A DNA stretch of 64,000 bases from an uncultured virus (IMG/VR IMGVR_UViG_3300003962_000201) (IMGVR_UViG_3300003962_000201); one strand, 5' to 3'; numbered from the stretch's first letter, positions 17,755-28,282 are shown. A program made the numbers and translations. Notes: a model not told the origin generated them from the letters alone.

Positions 17755-20700
17755 ATGGTTAAAAAAGTTTATGTCTTGGATACGAATGTTATTTTAGCGG
17801 ATGTTAATTGTTTTTATTCATTTAAAACTTCAAACATTTTAATTCCATTAAAGGTGGTTCAAGAGCTTGATAAACACAAGAAGAGTGAAATTTTAGGCTT
17901 TAATGCCCGAACCGCAATAAAATTTATTGATGGATTAAGACAAAAAGGTTCTATTAACTCTGGCGTTAAGATAGGAAAAGGCTTCGGCATTCTTCAGGTT
18001 GCTGGCCATGAAGATTTTAGAATGCCGAGCGAGTTTCCGTTAAGCGATCCTGATAATCAAATTTTAGCAACAGCGTTGAGTCAAAAGTCAAAAATAGAAA
18101 ATAAAGATAAAAAATTTATTGTTGTTTCCAACGATGTTAATCTTCGGATTAAATGCGACGCTCTTGGTCTGGAATGCACCGACTTCAAAGAAGACCATGT
18201 CATCAAGAACCGTGCAGAATTATTCACGGGAGCGATTGAATTATTGGTTGATGATGTTTTGATTGATAGATTTTATAGAGGTGAAGAAGTTGTTCCTAAT
18301 GTTGTTTTTCCTGAAAACTTAAAACTCTTTCCAAATCAATTTCTTGTTTTAATTTCATCTTCAAATGAGAAGAAATCTGCTCTTGCTCAATTTGTTTCTT
18401 GGAGCCTTCCTTTATTAAAAGTTAAAGAAGGACATAAAGGTGATTGGGGTTTGGTTGCGAAAAATAAAGAGCAACAATTTGCGATGAGCTTGTTGATGAA
18501 CCCTGCAATTCCTTTGGTGACTTTGGTTGGTCAAGCGGGAACGGGAAAGGCGCAACCTTTAACGAGTAAAATTTTGACTCCGCGAGGCTGGACAACTATG
18601 GGCGAAATCCAAAAAGGTGATGAAGTTTGTACTCCGGATGGTAAAATCGCCAAAGTTTTAGAAACATTTCCACAGGGAGTTAAAAAAATCTATAAAATTA
18701 CCTTTACAGATGGTTCTTCTACTGAATGTTGTGAGGAACATTTATGGAATGTGAAAGACATCAGCACTCGCCGTAAGGATGTTAGAACATCTTTGGATAA
18801 CGGATGGCTAACAAAATCCTTAAAAGAAATTTCAAAAGATTTTTTAATTTATGACGAAAATAGAAATTATAACATTCCAATAGTGAAAATTGCTAAATTT
18901 GAAGAGAAAAAATTACCGATACACCCTTATTTGCTCGGTGCTTTCTTGGGGGATGGAGGTTGGTCTCAACCTACTTTTACTTTCACAAGCGCGGATAAAT
19001 TTATAGTTGATAAAATTAATGGTTTATTGCGTGATTTAAATTGTATAATTTCACCTTATAAGAAAACTGGTGTAGATTATTTTTGTAAAATGTTTGAAAA
19101 GAAGTATTATAATCGCCCAATTGAAATAATAAACATAGAAAATAAAACAAAATACAATTTTGATAATTTTGAAGAAATGATTAAAGAAAAAAAATTTTCA
19201 ATAACCGGTTGTAGATTGGCTTTGGCGAAAAAAGATGGTATTTATAAAGGATTTCAATTTAAATACTTGAATCAGACAAGAATAAACCCTAATTCTTTTG
19301 TTGAAAAAATAAAAAAATTAGGTTTGTATGGAACTAAAAGTAATACAAAATTTATTCCTGACGATTATAAAATGTCCTCCAAAGAAGATAGAATAAATCT
19401 ACTCCAAGGCTTAATGGATACTGATGGTTCTGTTGAAAAAAATGGTAAATCAACAACTTATACAACTGTTTCAAAAAAATTATGTGAAGGTGTGTGTTTT
19501 ATTGTCTGTTCTCTCGGTGGAACAGCAAAAGTATCAAAAAGAACAAATAGAAATCATTTTTATAAAGGAGAAAATAGGAAAACTCAAGATTGTTATAAAA
19601 TAAATCTTGTTCTCCCTGCTGACATTCAACCTTTTTCTTTACCAAGAAAAGCGGAAAGAGTTAAGCCGAGAAAAATTAATAAAGACATTCCGCGCAGGTT
19701 TTTTGATAAGATTGAGTTTGTGGGAGAAAAAGAGGCAAAATGTATTTTAATAGATCATCCCGATCACCTCTACATAACGGATGATTTTATTGTTACGCAC
19801 AATACATTACTCTCTCTCGGTTGCGCCTTGGAGCAGGTTAATTTTTCAAAGAAATCAGTAAAAAACCTGACAACCAAGAAAGCATATGACCGAATTTTGG
19901 TTACAAGACCAATTGTCGCGATGGGTAAAGATATAGGGTTTTTACCGGGTACGATTCAAGAGAAGCTCTCACCGTGGCTCGGAGGGATTCAAGACAATTT
20001 GCGAACCCTCATGGGGAATGACGAACTCATGCTTGAGGAATACTCCAAGCAAAAAATAATTGAGATGGAGGCTTTGACTTACATTCGTGGTCGGTCCATT
20101 CCCAACTCATTCATTATCATCGACGAGTGCTTCCCCGGAGACCAATTGGTTCTTGGAGAAAACGGGCAGAAATACGCGATTTACGACCTATTCAGGGATA
20201 CTTTGCATAACCGAAAACTTCCAAAAGTTCTTTCATTCAACGAAGAGACAAATAAGTTTGAGAAAAATAAAATTCTCTCAATAACAAGAAAAGAAAAACC
20301 ACGAAGTCTTTTGGAACTAAAAATAGCAGGAACAAAATTTAATCCAACAGAGGAACATCCATTTCTTTGTTATGATAAAGGTTGGGTTAAAGCAAAAGAT
20401 TTGGAGGTCGGCGACCCTATTGTTTCTTACGGAGAAAACAAAAAGTCTTTTAAGGTTCTTAATGAAGACCAAGAGCAAGTTATTTTTGGAATGTGCCTCG
20501 GCCCAAATGTGAAACTCAAAAGAACAGGAAGAAGCAAATTCGCGATTTCTTCGGTCTTTGATAAAGAGGAAAGAAAAGAACATTTCTTAAAAATTAAAGA
20601 AATTTTGGGAGGCAGAATTGACCCTGTTATTGTTGCCGACAAGATTGATTATTTTGAATTTGTAAAAAATAAAAGAAAGCACGAAAAAAATGAGAAATTT

Positions 20701-21447
20701 ACAAGCGATTATTTTTATTATACTCCTGAAATAATTTACAAAGTAGAAGGATACAAATTTGATTACATTCTATCCAGAATTGATAGAAGAGGTTGGGCTA
20801 TTTTCTATCAAGAATCCGTTGTTCATCACGAAGAATTTGGGCCAGTTTTAGAGGTTCGTTCTTTGTATGATGAAGAGAATTACATCAACAAGACCATAAA
20901 TTCTTTAAAAAATTTAGGATACGATTGTGAAATTGTTGGAAAAAAGTTTATCAAACTTAAAGGAACATCCTTTAACGATTTTGCAAGTTGGGTTGCTCCG
21001 TATGTCTTCGAGTGCAACAAATGGCTTCTTCCTAAAAAACCAGAACAATTTTATGCTTGGAAATACAAAGAAGCCGACATCTGGGTTTCTCTTGTTGAGA
21101 ATAAGAAGAACTCAAAACGAAAAGAGTTTGTTTTTGATTTAGAGATTGAAAACAATCATAACTTTATTGTTTCGTCTCCTTATCAAGACAATTACGGAGT
21201 TGTCGTTCATAATTGTCAAAATTTGACGCGGCACGAAGTTAAGACGATTTTAACCCGAGTTGGTGAAGGAAGCAAAATTGTCCTTATTGGCGACATTGAA
21301 CAGATTGATAATGTAAATCTTGACGAGACCAATAACGGCTTGACTTATGTTATTGAAAAATTTAAACCCGAGGCGATTGCCGGACATACAACTCTCGTCA
21401 AAGGCGAGCGGTCAATTTTGGCGACAAGAGCGAGCAAACTTTTATGA
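17755..21447 (+). CDS. phoH: PIN-PhoH (PhoH2-type) ATPase containing two inteins
   Basis: VYVLDTNV PIN domain; GQAGTGK|T Walker A; DIGFLPG; RGRS; IIIDE|CQN Walker B; ~450 aa after removing the inteins. Confidence 0.95.
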   Translation: MVKKVYVLDTNVILADVNCFYSFKTSNILIPLKVVQELDKHKKSEILGFNARTAIKFIDGLRQKGSINSGVKIGKGFGILQVAGHEDFRMPSEFPLSDPDNQILATALSQKSKIENKDKKFIVVSNDVNLRIKCDALGLECTDFKEDHVIKNRAELFTGAIELLVDDVLIDRFYRGEEVVPNVVFPENLKLFPNQFLVLISSSNEKKSALAQFVSWSLPLLKVKEGHKGDWGLVAKNKEQQFAMSLLMNPAIPLVTLVGQAGTGKAQPLTSKILTPRGWTTMGEIQKGDEVCTPDGKIAKVLETFPQGVKKIYKITFTDGSSTECCEEHLWNVKDISTRRKDVRTSLDNGWLTKSLKEISKDFLIYDENRNYNIPIVKIAKFEEKKLPIHPYLLGAFLGDGGWSQPTFTFTSADKFIVDKINGLLRDLNCIISPYKKTGVDYFCKMFEKKYYNRPIEIINIENKTKYNFDNFEEMIKEKKFSITGCRLALAKKDGIYKGFQFKYLNQTRINPNSFVEKIKKLGLYGTKSNTKFIPDDYKMSSKEDRINLLQGLMDTDGSVEKNGKSTTYTTVSKKLCEGVCFIVCSLGGTAKVSKRTNRNHFYKGENRKTQDCYKINLVLPADIQPFSLPRKAERVKPRKINKDIPRRFFDKIEFVGEKEAKCILIDHPDHLYITDDFIVTHNTLLSLGCALEQVNFSKKSVKNLTTKKAYDRILVTRPIVAMGKDIGFLPGTIQEKLSPWLGGIQDNLRTLMGNDELMLEEYSKQKIIEMEALTYIRGRSIPNSFIIIDECFPGDQLVLGENGQKYAIYDLFRDTLHNRKLPKVLSFNEETNKFEKNKILSITRKEKPRSLLELKIAGTKFNPTEEHPFLCYDKGWVKAKDLEVGDPIVSYGENKKSFKVLNEDQEQVIFGMCLGPNVKLKRTGRSKFAISSVFDKEERKEHFLKIKEILGGRIDPVIVADKIDYFEFVKNKRKHEKNEKFTSDYFYYTPEIIYKVEGYKFDYILSRIDRRGWAIFYQESVVHHEEFGPVLEVRSLYDEENYINKTINSLKNLGYDCEIVGKKFIKLKGTSFNDFASWVAPYVFECNKWLLPKKPEQFYAWKYKEADIWVSLVENKKNSKRKEFVFDLEIENNHNFIVSSPYQDNYGVVVHNCQNLTRHEVKTILTRVGEGSKIVLIGDIEQIDNVNLDETNNGLTYVIEKFKPEAIAGHTTLVKGERSILATRASKLL
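18550..19803 (+). mobile_element. Intein 1 (418 aa): Ala-start class-3 type with LAGLIDADG homing endonuclease
   Basis: AQPL…; block B CCEEHLW; LLGAFLGDG and LLQGLMDTDG; block F AKCILID; ends IVTHN followed by Thr. Confidence 0.9.
20128..21213 (+). mobile_element. Intein 2 (362 aa): class 1, degenerate endonuclease domain
   Basis: CFPGD…; block B PTEEHPF; VFDLEIENNHNF; ends VVHN followed by Cys. Confidence 0.9.
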
Positions 21448-21893
21448 TTTATAAAAAAATTCCAATAGAATTTATAAATGAACCAGAAAAAAAAGAATTA
21501 AATCTTCAAGAAGTTCAAAAGCAGATTGAAAAGATAATTCCAAAACATTTATTAGATAATGTTGAGGCAATTTATTTAACAAATTCCCGCGGGTATGATG
21601 ATTGCGATGTTGTCTTTAAGGAAGGATGCCTCTATCTCGACAATAATCTAATCAATAAAGATACAATTTTACCTCTTGTGGCTCACGGAGTTGCGTGGTC
21701 GCTGGAAGAGCAATTCAGAGATGAAATTTTTGACGAGACCTTTGAAGAAGTTTTTTTAATTGAAAGTCAAGAAGACGAAACACAAGAAGAATTTTGGAGA
21801 TGGTGTTTTGAGAATTATTTTTTTGACGAAGAAGAGATAAAAAAATTTCCAAACATTTACAAGACAATCAACAAAATTGTTTTAAACAAATAA
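21444..21893 (+). CDS. Hypothetical protein (degenerate zincin-like)
   Basis: AHGVAW at an HExxH-like position; ATGA overlap. Confidence 0.65.
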   Translation: MIYKKIPIEFINEPEKKELNLQEVQKQIEKIIPKHLLDNVEAIYLTNSRGYDDCDVVFKEGCLYLDNNLINKDTILPLVAHGVAWSLEEQFRDEIFDETFEEVFLIESQEDETQEEFWRWCFENYFFDEEEIKKFPNIYKTINKIVLNK

Positions 21894-21901
21894 ATTCGCT
21901 A

Positions 21902-21930
21902 TTGATTTCTTGCTTTTTTTGTGCTATTTT
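21902..21930 (+). promoter_or_regulatory. Sigma70-like promoter; probably leaderless
   Basis: TTGATT-17-TATTTT with TG, 7 nt before ATG 21938. Confidence 0.5.
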
Positions 21931-21937
21931 CTTTTGA

Positions 21938-22783
21938 ATGGAAGATAAACACATTTCGTTTAGCCAATTATCTCTTTATAATAATTTTTGCGCCTTTTAC
22001 TATCGTCTTTCGTATGTTGATAAATTAATACCAAAAGAACAAAACATTTTCACTATGTTTGGCGACTGCGTTCACAAAACAGTTGATGCTAAACTTACCG
22101 ATAAAGAAATTGATTGCGTCAAGACTTTTGATGATTTATTTAAACAAGGCTTTTTATCTCTTCCAAAAACAGAAATTAAGAAAATAAGCGAAGAAGAAAA
22201 TTATAAGAAAATTGTTATTTCTATGAAAAAAGATGGAGCAGGTCTCGCCCAAGAAGCTTATGATTCCATCCCAAAGCATTTTCCAACCTTTTCGCTTCTC
22301 AAGTCAGAGCAGGAATTAAATGTTAAACTCAAAGAGAATTTATCATTCAAGGGGTTTATTGATTTAATTTTGGTTGATAAAGAAGCGAAAAAATTTATCA
22401 TCGCAGATTGGAAAACAACCTCTTGGGGTTGGGATGCGGAAGCGAAGAGCGACAAATGGAAGATTTATCAATTATCGCTTTACAAGCATTTTATAGCGCA
22501 AGAACTAGGAATTCCTCTTGAAGACATAGAGACTTATTTTATTTTGATAAAAAGAACAGCAAAAAAAGACAGAATTGAGTATCTTCCTATTTCAAACACA
22601 AAAAAAAGAATTTCAAATGCTTTGAAAGTTCTTGATGATACAATCAAAAACATTGAAATGGGGAACTTCCCGATGAATAAAGAGTCTTGCAATAAGTGCC
22701 GTGCGAAAGGTGTCTATTGTTTTCCAAACCCTCTTGACCCAGCTTCAAATAAGCCAAATGTTTTGAATGTTTTTGAAGAATGA
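21938..22783 (+). CDS. PD-(D/E)XK exonuclease, Cas4/RecB-like
   Basis: HISFSQL…C; FKGFIDL; IADWKT; QLSLY; C-terminal CNKC…C. Confidence 0.9.
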   Translation: MEDKHISFSQLSLYNNFCAFYYRLSYVDKLIPKEQNIFTMFGDCVHKTVDAKLTDKEIDCVKTFDDLFKQGFLSLPKTEIKKISEEENYKKIVISMKKDGAGLAQEAYDSIPKHFPTFSLLKSEQELNVKLKENLSFKGFIDLILVDKEAKKFIIADWKTTSWGWDAEAKSDKWKIYQLSLYKHFIAQELGIPLEDIETYFILIKRTAKKDRIEYLPISNTKKRISNALKVLDDTIKNIEMGNFPMNKESCNKCRAKGVYCFPNPLDPASNKPNVLNVFEE

Positions 22784-23469
22784 TTATGGAAGAATTAAAA
22801 AAAGTTTGTTCTAAATGTCGCGCTGAAAAGAGGTTAATGGAATTTTGTAAAAACAAGAATACAAAAGACGGATTAAACGCACATTGCAGAGAATGTGTTA
22901 AAAATTACAAAAAAAATTATCGGCAAAGCGAACAAGGGAAAAAAGTTGTTAATGATTATAATAGAGAATACATTAAAGAAAAAAGAACTGACGAAGAGTT
23001 TAGAAAAAAAGAAAACACGCAAACACAAAAATACTATTACAAAAACAAGAAAAAAATAAATGAAGTTAAAAATAAAAGACAAAAAACCAGAAGAATGGAA
23101 GATCTTGTTTTTAAAATGAGACACCACGCAACAGTCTCTATAAACCACGTTTTAAAAAAATATAACATAAAGAAAATAGATTCTATCTGGAAGTATCTTC
23201 CATACACTCCGCAACAACTTAAAGAACATCTTGAATCTCTCTGGGAACCTTGGATGAATTGGGAGAATTATGGGATGATTTCAAAAAATAAAAAAACCTG
23301 GAACATAGACCACATTTTTCCTCAATCACTTTTGCCTTTTGATAGTTTTGAACATCCAAATTTTTTGAAATGTTGGTGCCTTGAAAATTTGCGTCCGTTG
23401 GATGCAAAAGAAAATCTTAAAAAGCGCAATAAACTTTTGTATAATGAACAAAATGAACAGAAAAATTAA
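22780..23469 (+). CDS. Free-standing HNH-type homing endonuclease
   Basis: KVCSKC…CREC; WNIDHIFP; NLRPL…ENLKK. Confidence 0.8.
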   Translation: MIMEELKKVCSKCRAEKRLMEFCKNKNTKDGLNAHCRECVKNYKKNYRQSEQGKKVVNDYNREYIKEKRTDEEFRKKENTQTQKYYYKNKKKINEVKNKRQKTRRMEDLVFKMRHHATVSINHVLKKYNIKKIDSIWKYLPYTPQQLKEHLESLWEPWMNWENYGMISKNKKTWNIDHIFPQSLLPFDSFEHPNFLKCWCLENLRPLDAKENLKKRNKLLYNEQNEQKN

Positions 23470-24718
23470 AGTTTTAATGATTGGCGATTCGATTTTAGCT
23501 CCTTCTGGTGTTGGACATGTTTGTAAAAATGTTGTTGATGCTTTATTAAAATCAGGAAAATTCCAAGTGCATTTCCTTGCAGGTGCAATTCGCCATGACG
23601 ACTATCGCCCGATGAGATTTCAGGAATACGGAGACGACTTAACCCTATACCCCGTGGATGAGTATGGGAATCAAGACATTATCCGAGGTATGATAAGAGC
23701 CCACAAGCCCGACATGCTTCTTTTCATGACGGATCCTCGGTTCTATTATTGGCTCTGGGCGATCGAAAATGAGGTACGACCTTTACTCCCAATGTGTTAC
23801 ATGCACGTCTGGGATAATTACCCTTACCCGAGATACAACGAGGTTCTTTACAAATCTACCGATTACATTTACACAATTTCTAAATTGACCAGCGACATCG
23901 TTAAAACTGTATCACCAACGACAAACGAACTTTATGTTCCTCACGCGGTTGATGCGAACATTTTTAAGCCTCTTCCAAAAGAAGAAGTTGAAAAGTTCAA
24001 GAGAGAAAATTTTGGTTTCTTAAAAGAAGGAGAATTGCTATTTTTCTACAACGGCCGAAACGCTCGCCGAAAAATGACTGGTTCTCTTTTGTTCTGGTTC
24101 AAAGATTACCTCGACAAGGTTGGTTGGGATAAAGCAAGCCTTCTCATGCATACCGAACCCACCGACCCGAACGGACAAAATTTGTACACCATCATTCAAG
24201 ACCTTGGATTGATGAAAGCGGGAAAGGTCAAGTTTTCACAACAGAAAATGCCCGCCGAAGGTCTTAACATGCTCTATAACGCTGTTGATGCGACAATAAA
24301 CATAAGCGACGCCGAAGGATTTGGGCTTCCCATTCTCGAAAGCCTTGCAGCGGAGACGCCAGCGATTGTCAATCTAACTGGCGGTCCGCAGGAGTTGGTT
24401 ACAGATGGAACGAATTGGTTTGGCGTCGGCATCAAGCCGGCATCACGAGCGATTATCGGGAGCCAACAAATTCCATACATCTATGAAGATAGAATTTCAG
24501 GAGAAGATTTCGTTTCTGCTCTTGAAAAATTCACAAACCTTTCAAAAGAAGAACGAAAAGAAATGGGAAGACTTGGCCGAGAGCACGCATTAAAAAATTA
24601 TAACTTTGATAAATTCAATCAAACTTGGGTTGATGAATTAACGAAAGTTTATGAAAAAGAAGGTTCTTGGGAAACAAGAAGAAAAGATTATCAAAGATAC
24701 AGAGTGGAGAAAATTTAA
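23453..24718 (+). CDS. GT-B (GT4) glycosyltransferase
   Basis: NGRNARRK; AEGFGLPILESLA; start placed at MNRKIKVLMIGD. Confidence 0.9.
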   Translation: MNRKIKVLMIGDSILAPSGVGHVCKNVVDALLKSGKFQVHFLAGAIRHDDYRPMRFQEYGDDLTLYPVDEYGNQDIIRGMIRAHKPDMLLFMTDPRFYYWLWAIENEVRPLLPMCYMHVWDNYPYPRYNEVLYKSTDYIYTISKLTSDIVKTVSPTTNELYVPHAVDANIFKPLPKEEVEKFKRENFGFLKEGELLFFYNGRNARRKMTGSLLFWFKDYLDKVGWDKASLLMHTEPTDPNGQNLYTIIQDLGLMKAGKVKFSQQKMPAEGLNMLYNAVDATINISDAEGFGLPILESLAAETPAIVNLTGGPQELVTDGTNWFGVGIKPASRAIIGSQQIPYIYEDRISGEDFVSALEKFTNLSKEERKEMGRLGREHALKNYNFDKFNQTWVDELTKVYEKEGSWETRRKDYQRYRVEKI

Positions 24719-26730
24719 TGAAAAAAGTATTAATTCAAGCGCCTTTATTGAGCGTTTCTGGCTACGGAATTCACGCTCGGTTTGTTTTGCGATCTCTTTT
24801 AAAATACCCAGAACTTTTTGATGTTTATGTTAAGAACACCAAGTGGGGTTCAACAGGACAATTATTTGAAGACACCGCCGAACGTCAAGAAATTGATAAT
24901 CTTATTGGAAAAACTTTTCAATTCATTCAGCAAAATCCGCAAGCAAAATTTGACATCTTTGTTCAGGTTGCCATTCCAAATGAGTTCGAAAGGCTTGGCG
25001 ATTATTGCATAGGCGTAACCGCAGGCGTTGAAACAACCAAGATTTCTATGGAGTGGGGCCAAGGAATTATGAAGATGGACAAGGTTATTGTTCCGTCTGA
25101 ATTTTCCAAATTTGCTTTTGAGAATACCCTTTTCAAGGCGTTAAATCAACAGACAAACCAAGAAATTGAATTTAATGTCGCTTCCATGAAGCCTTTTGAG
25201 GTGGTTCATTATCCTTTGCAAAATGTTGAACCAAAAGTTCCAGACATCAAATTTGACCACGATTTCAATTTCTTGGTTGTCGCTCAAAATTGTTTTAGAA
25301 AGAACACGGCTCAAACCATTAAGGAGTTTATTGAAGAATTTTACGACCAGCCTGTTGGAATGGTTCTTAAAATGAACACCGCTTCCAATTCTTTGATGGA
25401 TTTTAATCACACCAAGAATGGTTTGATGGAATTAATTCATCAATACGAAGGGCGAAAGTGTTCCATTCATCTTCTTCATGGCGATTTAACCGATGAAGAA
25501 ATGGTGGGGTTGTACAATCATCCTCAAATTAAATGCCTTATCAATCTCGCCCACGGCGAAGGATTTGGGTTGCCTCTTTTTGAAGCCTCCGGCGCAGGCC
25601 TTCCAATTTTAACAATAAATTGGGGAGGGCAAAAGGATTTCTTGTCGGTTCCAAACAAAAAAGGAAAAATGGAGCCGATGGCGACATTTGTTTCTCATGA
25701 GGTTAAGCCGGTTCAAAAAGAAGCGGTCTGGGATAGGATTATTATTCCAGAAAGCGAATGGGCTTATCCGGCATCTTGGGATTATAAAGTCAAGATGCGA
25801 AGCGTTTATAAGGCTTATGGCGAGAAAAAAGCCATGGCGAAGAAATTGGCGGAATACAATAAAGAAAAGTTTGGTGGACAGACGCAATACAAAAAGATGG
25901 CGGAAGCAATTTTAGGAGAACCCGTATTTGATTACAAAGATGTTGATGTTGCTTCTCTTCCAAAGATTTCCGTGGTAACGTCTGTCTTCAAGGCAAGAGA
26001 GTACATCGAAGAGTTCTTAAAGGATGTCGAAAGACAAACAATTTTTAAGGAAAAAGTAGAATTAATTCTCGTGGACCCAGGTTCACCGGAACAAGAAGAG
26101 GAAGTGATAAAGGTTTGGGTTGAGAAGTACCCAGACAACATAAAATACATTAAGTTGGAACAAGACCCTGGGTTGTATGCTTGCTGGAATAAAGCCATTC
26201 AGGCATCAACCGGGGATTTTGTAACCAACTGGAATTGCGACGACCGAAGAGCCCCAGATGCTTTGGAAAAGATGGCGAAACAGTTGGTTTCTAATCCGGG
26301 TGTTGAGATGGTTTATTTTGATTATCTTATGACCAATAAACCAAATGAAACCTTTGAGGTCAATTCCTCAAATGGACGAAGATACAACATGGATCAATTC
26401 TCAAAAGAGGCGCTCTTGCGAATGAACCTTCCGCACTGTGGCCCGATGTGGAGAAAAACCGCGCACAACCGAATTGGTTATTTTAATGAAGATTACAAAT
26501 CGGCAAGCGACTGGGAATGGAACTTGCGTTTGGCGTTCTCTGGGGGTACTATGAAGAAGATGGCTGAACCTTTGGGATTGTATTATTTCTCACCTCGCGG
26601 TGTTTCAACAGACCCCAAAAATAATTCTTGGAAGCGAAAAGAAGAACGAGAGATTTTTAATCGGTTTAGCGAAATGCTTAAAAAAGAAAAAGAACCAGTT
26701 GAAAATGTTGCGGAAAACTTGGTGATTTGA
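24718..26730 (+). CDS. GT4 + GT2 fusion glycosyltransferase
   Basis: SGYG…GEGFGLPLFEA, then KISVVTSVFK…LILVD…NWNCDD…SDWEWNLR. Confidence 0.9.
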   Translation: MKKVLIQAPLLSVSGYGIHARFVLRSLLKYPELFDVYVKNTKWGSTGQLFEDTAERQEIDNLIGKTFQFIQQNPQAKFDIFVQVAIPNEFERLGDYCIGVTAGVETTKISMEWGQGIMKMDKVIVPSEFSKFAFENTLFKALNQQTNQEIEFNVASMKPFEVVHYPLQNVEPKVPDIKFDHDFNFLVVAQNCFRKNTAQTIKEFIEEFYDQPVGMVLKMNTASNSLMDFNHTKNGLMELIHQYEGRKCSIHLLHGDLTDEEMVGLYNHPQIKCLINLAHGEGFGLPLFEASGAGLPILTINWGGQKDFLSVPNKKGKMEPMATFVSHEVKPVQKEAVWDRIIIPESEWAYPASWDYKVKMRSVYKAYGEKKAMAKKLAEYNKEKFGGQTQYKKMAEAILGEPVFDYKDVDVASLPKISVVTSVFKAREYIEEFLKDVERQTIFKEKVELILVDPGSPEQEEEVIKVWVEKYPDNIKYIKLEQDPGLYACWNKAIQASTGDFVTNWNCDDRRAPDALEKMAKQLVSNPGVEMVYFDYLMTNKPNETFEVNSSNGRRYNMDQFSKEALLRMNLPHCGPMWRKTAHNRIGYFNEDYKSASDWEWNLRLAFSGGTMKKMAEPLGLYYFSPRGVSTDPKNNSWKRKEEREIFNRFSEMLKKEKEPVENVAENLVI

Positions 26731-26957
26731 TGATTTGGGGAAATTTAGGTGTAATTTGTTTGTTTGGTTTTAATAAAACTTTTTTTGTACTGAATAACTC
26801 AGGAAATGATAACTTTTTTTCTTTTCAAGATAAAAATGAAATGTTCCCTTGTGAAGACAAGTACGGATTTTTTAGTGAATTTAGTAATGAATATTTTTAT
26901 AAATCATTATCAATAAGAACTCCAAAATCATTTATCAAGGTGTTTAAATTATTATGA
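26727..26957 (+). CDS. Microprotein, C-terminal-helix family (…TPKSFIKVFKLL)
   Basis: Overlaps both flanking GT genes. Confidence 0.75.
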   Translation: MMIWGNLGVICLFGFNKTFFVLNNSGNDNFFSFQDKNEMFPCEDKYGFFSEFSNEYFYKSLSIRTPKSFIKVFKLL

Positions 26958-27787
26958 TCTTTCCTCTAACCATAACGACGCTTGCAACCGAAAGTTGCTT
27001 TAATGAATTTCTTTTGATGGGAAAATCTTTGGAACTCTTTGAACAAGAACCTATCAATTGGGTCGTGGCCTGCGACGAATTCGTTCATCAAAAGTTAAAA
27101 GACAATCAAGATGTTGTCGCCTTAAAGGTCATCGAAGATGATAGAGGAAGCGACCACAACGGTTCCCCCGCGGAACGAAAAAAATTTCTTGATGTTATTA
27201 AAGGAAAGTTTCGCGCGATTGAAAAAGCATTTGAACTTGGTCTTCCAAACATTTTGTTCCTTGATTGCGACCACATTTTCCTGAACCCTCTTCCAAACAT
27301 TTTTCAAATTTTTAAGGGCGCTGACGCCATCGCAAGCCCACATTTTTCAGGAAACCTCGCTCAAATTGAACACAATTATGGGCTCTATAATGTTGGTTTT
27401 CTCGGCATTATGAACAAAGATGTCTTAAAACCCTGGGAGAGCCTGACCGATAATCACGAAAAACTTGGTTACTTCTTCGAACAGCAACCGTATGAGAAAA
27501 CCCTACAAAACTTTATGACGGGAACCCTTCCAATCAATTTCAACTTCGGCTGGTGGCGAGCAAACCTTCCCGGAACCCAACAAAGGCTTAACCAGATCTG
27601 CCTCAAAGACGACCAAATTCACCTCGGGCACTTGCCTCTTATTGACGTCCATGCGCACGCCTTCAAGAAACCAAATGGTTATGACCCATCAAAAGTTCTT
27701 ATTGACAAAGTCTTTGACCTTATGAGAACATCCAATAACCCAAAATACAAAGAATTAATTTCTTTTTATGAAAGCCTAAATAAATGA
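26954..27787 (+). CDS. GT-A fold glycosyltransferase (GT8-like)
   Basis: LFLDCD DxD motif; YNVGFL; EQ; NFGWW. Confidence 0.75.
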   Translation: MIFPLTITTLATESCFNEFLLMGKSLELFEQEPINWVVACDEFVHQKLKDNQDVVALKVIEDDRGSDHNGSPAERKKFLDVIKGKFRAIEKAFELGLPNILFLDCDHIFLNPLPNIFQIFKGADAIASPHFSGNLAQIEHNYGLYNVGFLGIMNKDVLKPWESLTDNHEKLGYFFEQQPYEKTLQNFMTGTLPINFNFGWWRANLPGTQQRLNQICLKDDQIHLGHLPLIDVHAHAFKKPNGYDPSKVLIDKVFDLMRTSNNPKYKELISFYESLNK

Positions 27788-28092
27788 AAAACAAAAATGA
27801 ACCCTCAAAAGTCTATCATTATGATTGCCAGTGTCATTCCCCGGAACATTCTTTAAGATTTTGTTTCGAAGATTGGGGAGATGGCGACATCGAATTGAGT
27901 GTTGATGTTTATTTAATAAACCATCAATCATTTTTTAAAAGACTTTGGACGGCCTTAAAGTTTTTATTCGGCGGTCAAGCAAAGGGCGGACATTTTGATA
28001 ATTTTATGATGCGTCAAGAAGATTATGATAGGTTTATCAAAATGGTTTCTTATGCGAAAAAAATAAAAGAGGAATACGAAAATGGTAGATAA
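27784..28092 (+). CDS. Hypothetical protein
   Basis: CQCHSPEH…FFKRLWTALKFLFG phage-type pattern. Confidence 0.75.
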   Translation: MKNKNEPSKVYHYDCQCHSPEHSLRFCFEDWGDGDIELSVDVYLINHQSFFKRLWTALKFLFGGQAKGGHFDNFMMRQEDYDRFIKMVSYAKKIKEEYENGR

Positions 28093-28282
28093 ACATTGTT
28101 CTCACGGAGTTGAAGGTGGATGTGAAATTTCTTGTGAAAATTGCGGGCATAGATGTAAGGAACATTGTGCTTTAGTTGGTGAATACGGAGAAAAATATTT
28201 CACCGCTCCGGATTTTTGCGATGCGGAAAATCCAGACGGCTCTATTTGTCCTTGTGAAGGATTTGAAGGAACTCCCGGATGA
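28082..28282 (+). CDS. Small Cys-rich protein
   Basis: About 9 Cys in 66 aa; overlaps both neighbours. Confidence 0.65.
   Translation: MVDKHCSHGVEGGCEISCENCGHRCKEHCALVGEYGEKYFTAPDFCDAENPDGSICPCEGFEGTPG

Noticed and set aside
21938..22783. Cas4-like gene as part of a CRISPR-Cas system
   Set aside because: Stand-alone Cas4/RecB-like nucleases are common in phages; no cas1, cas2 or array in the window
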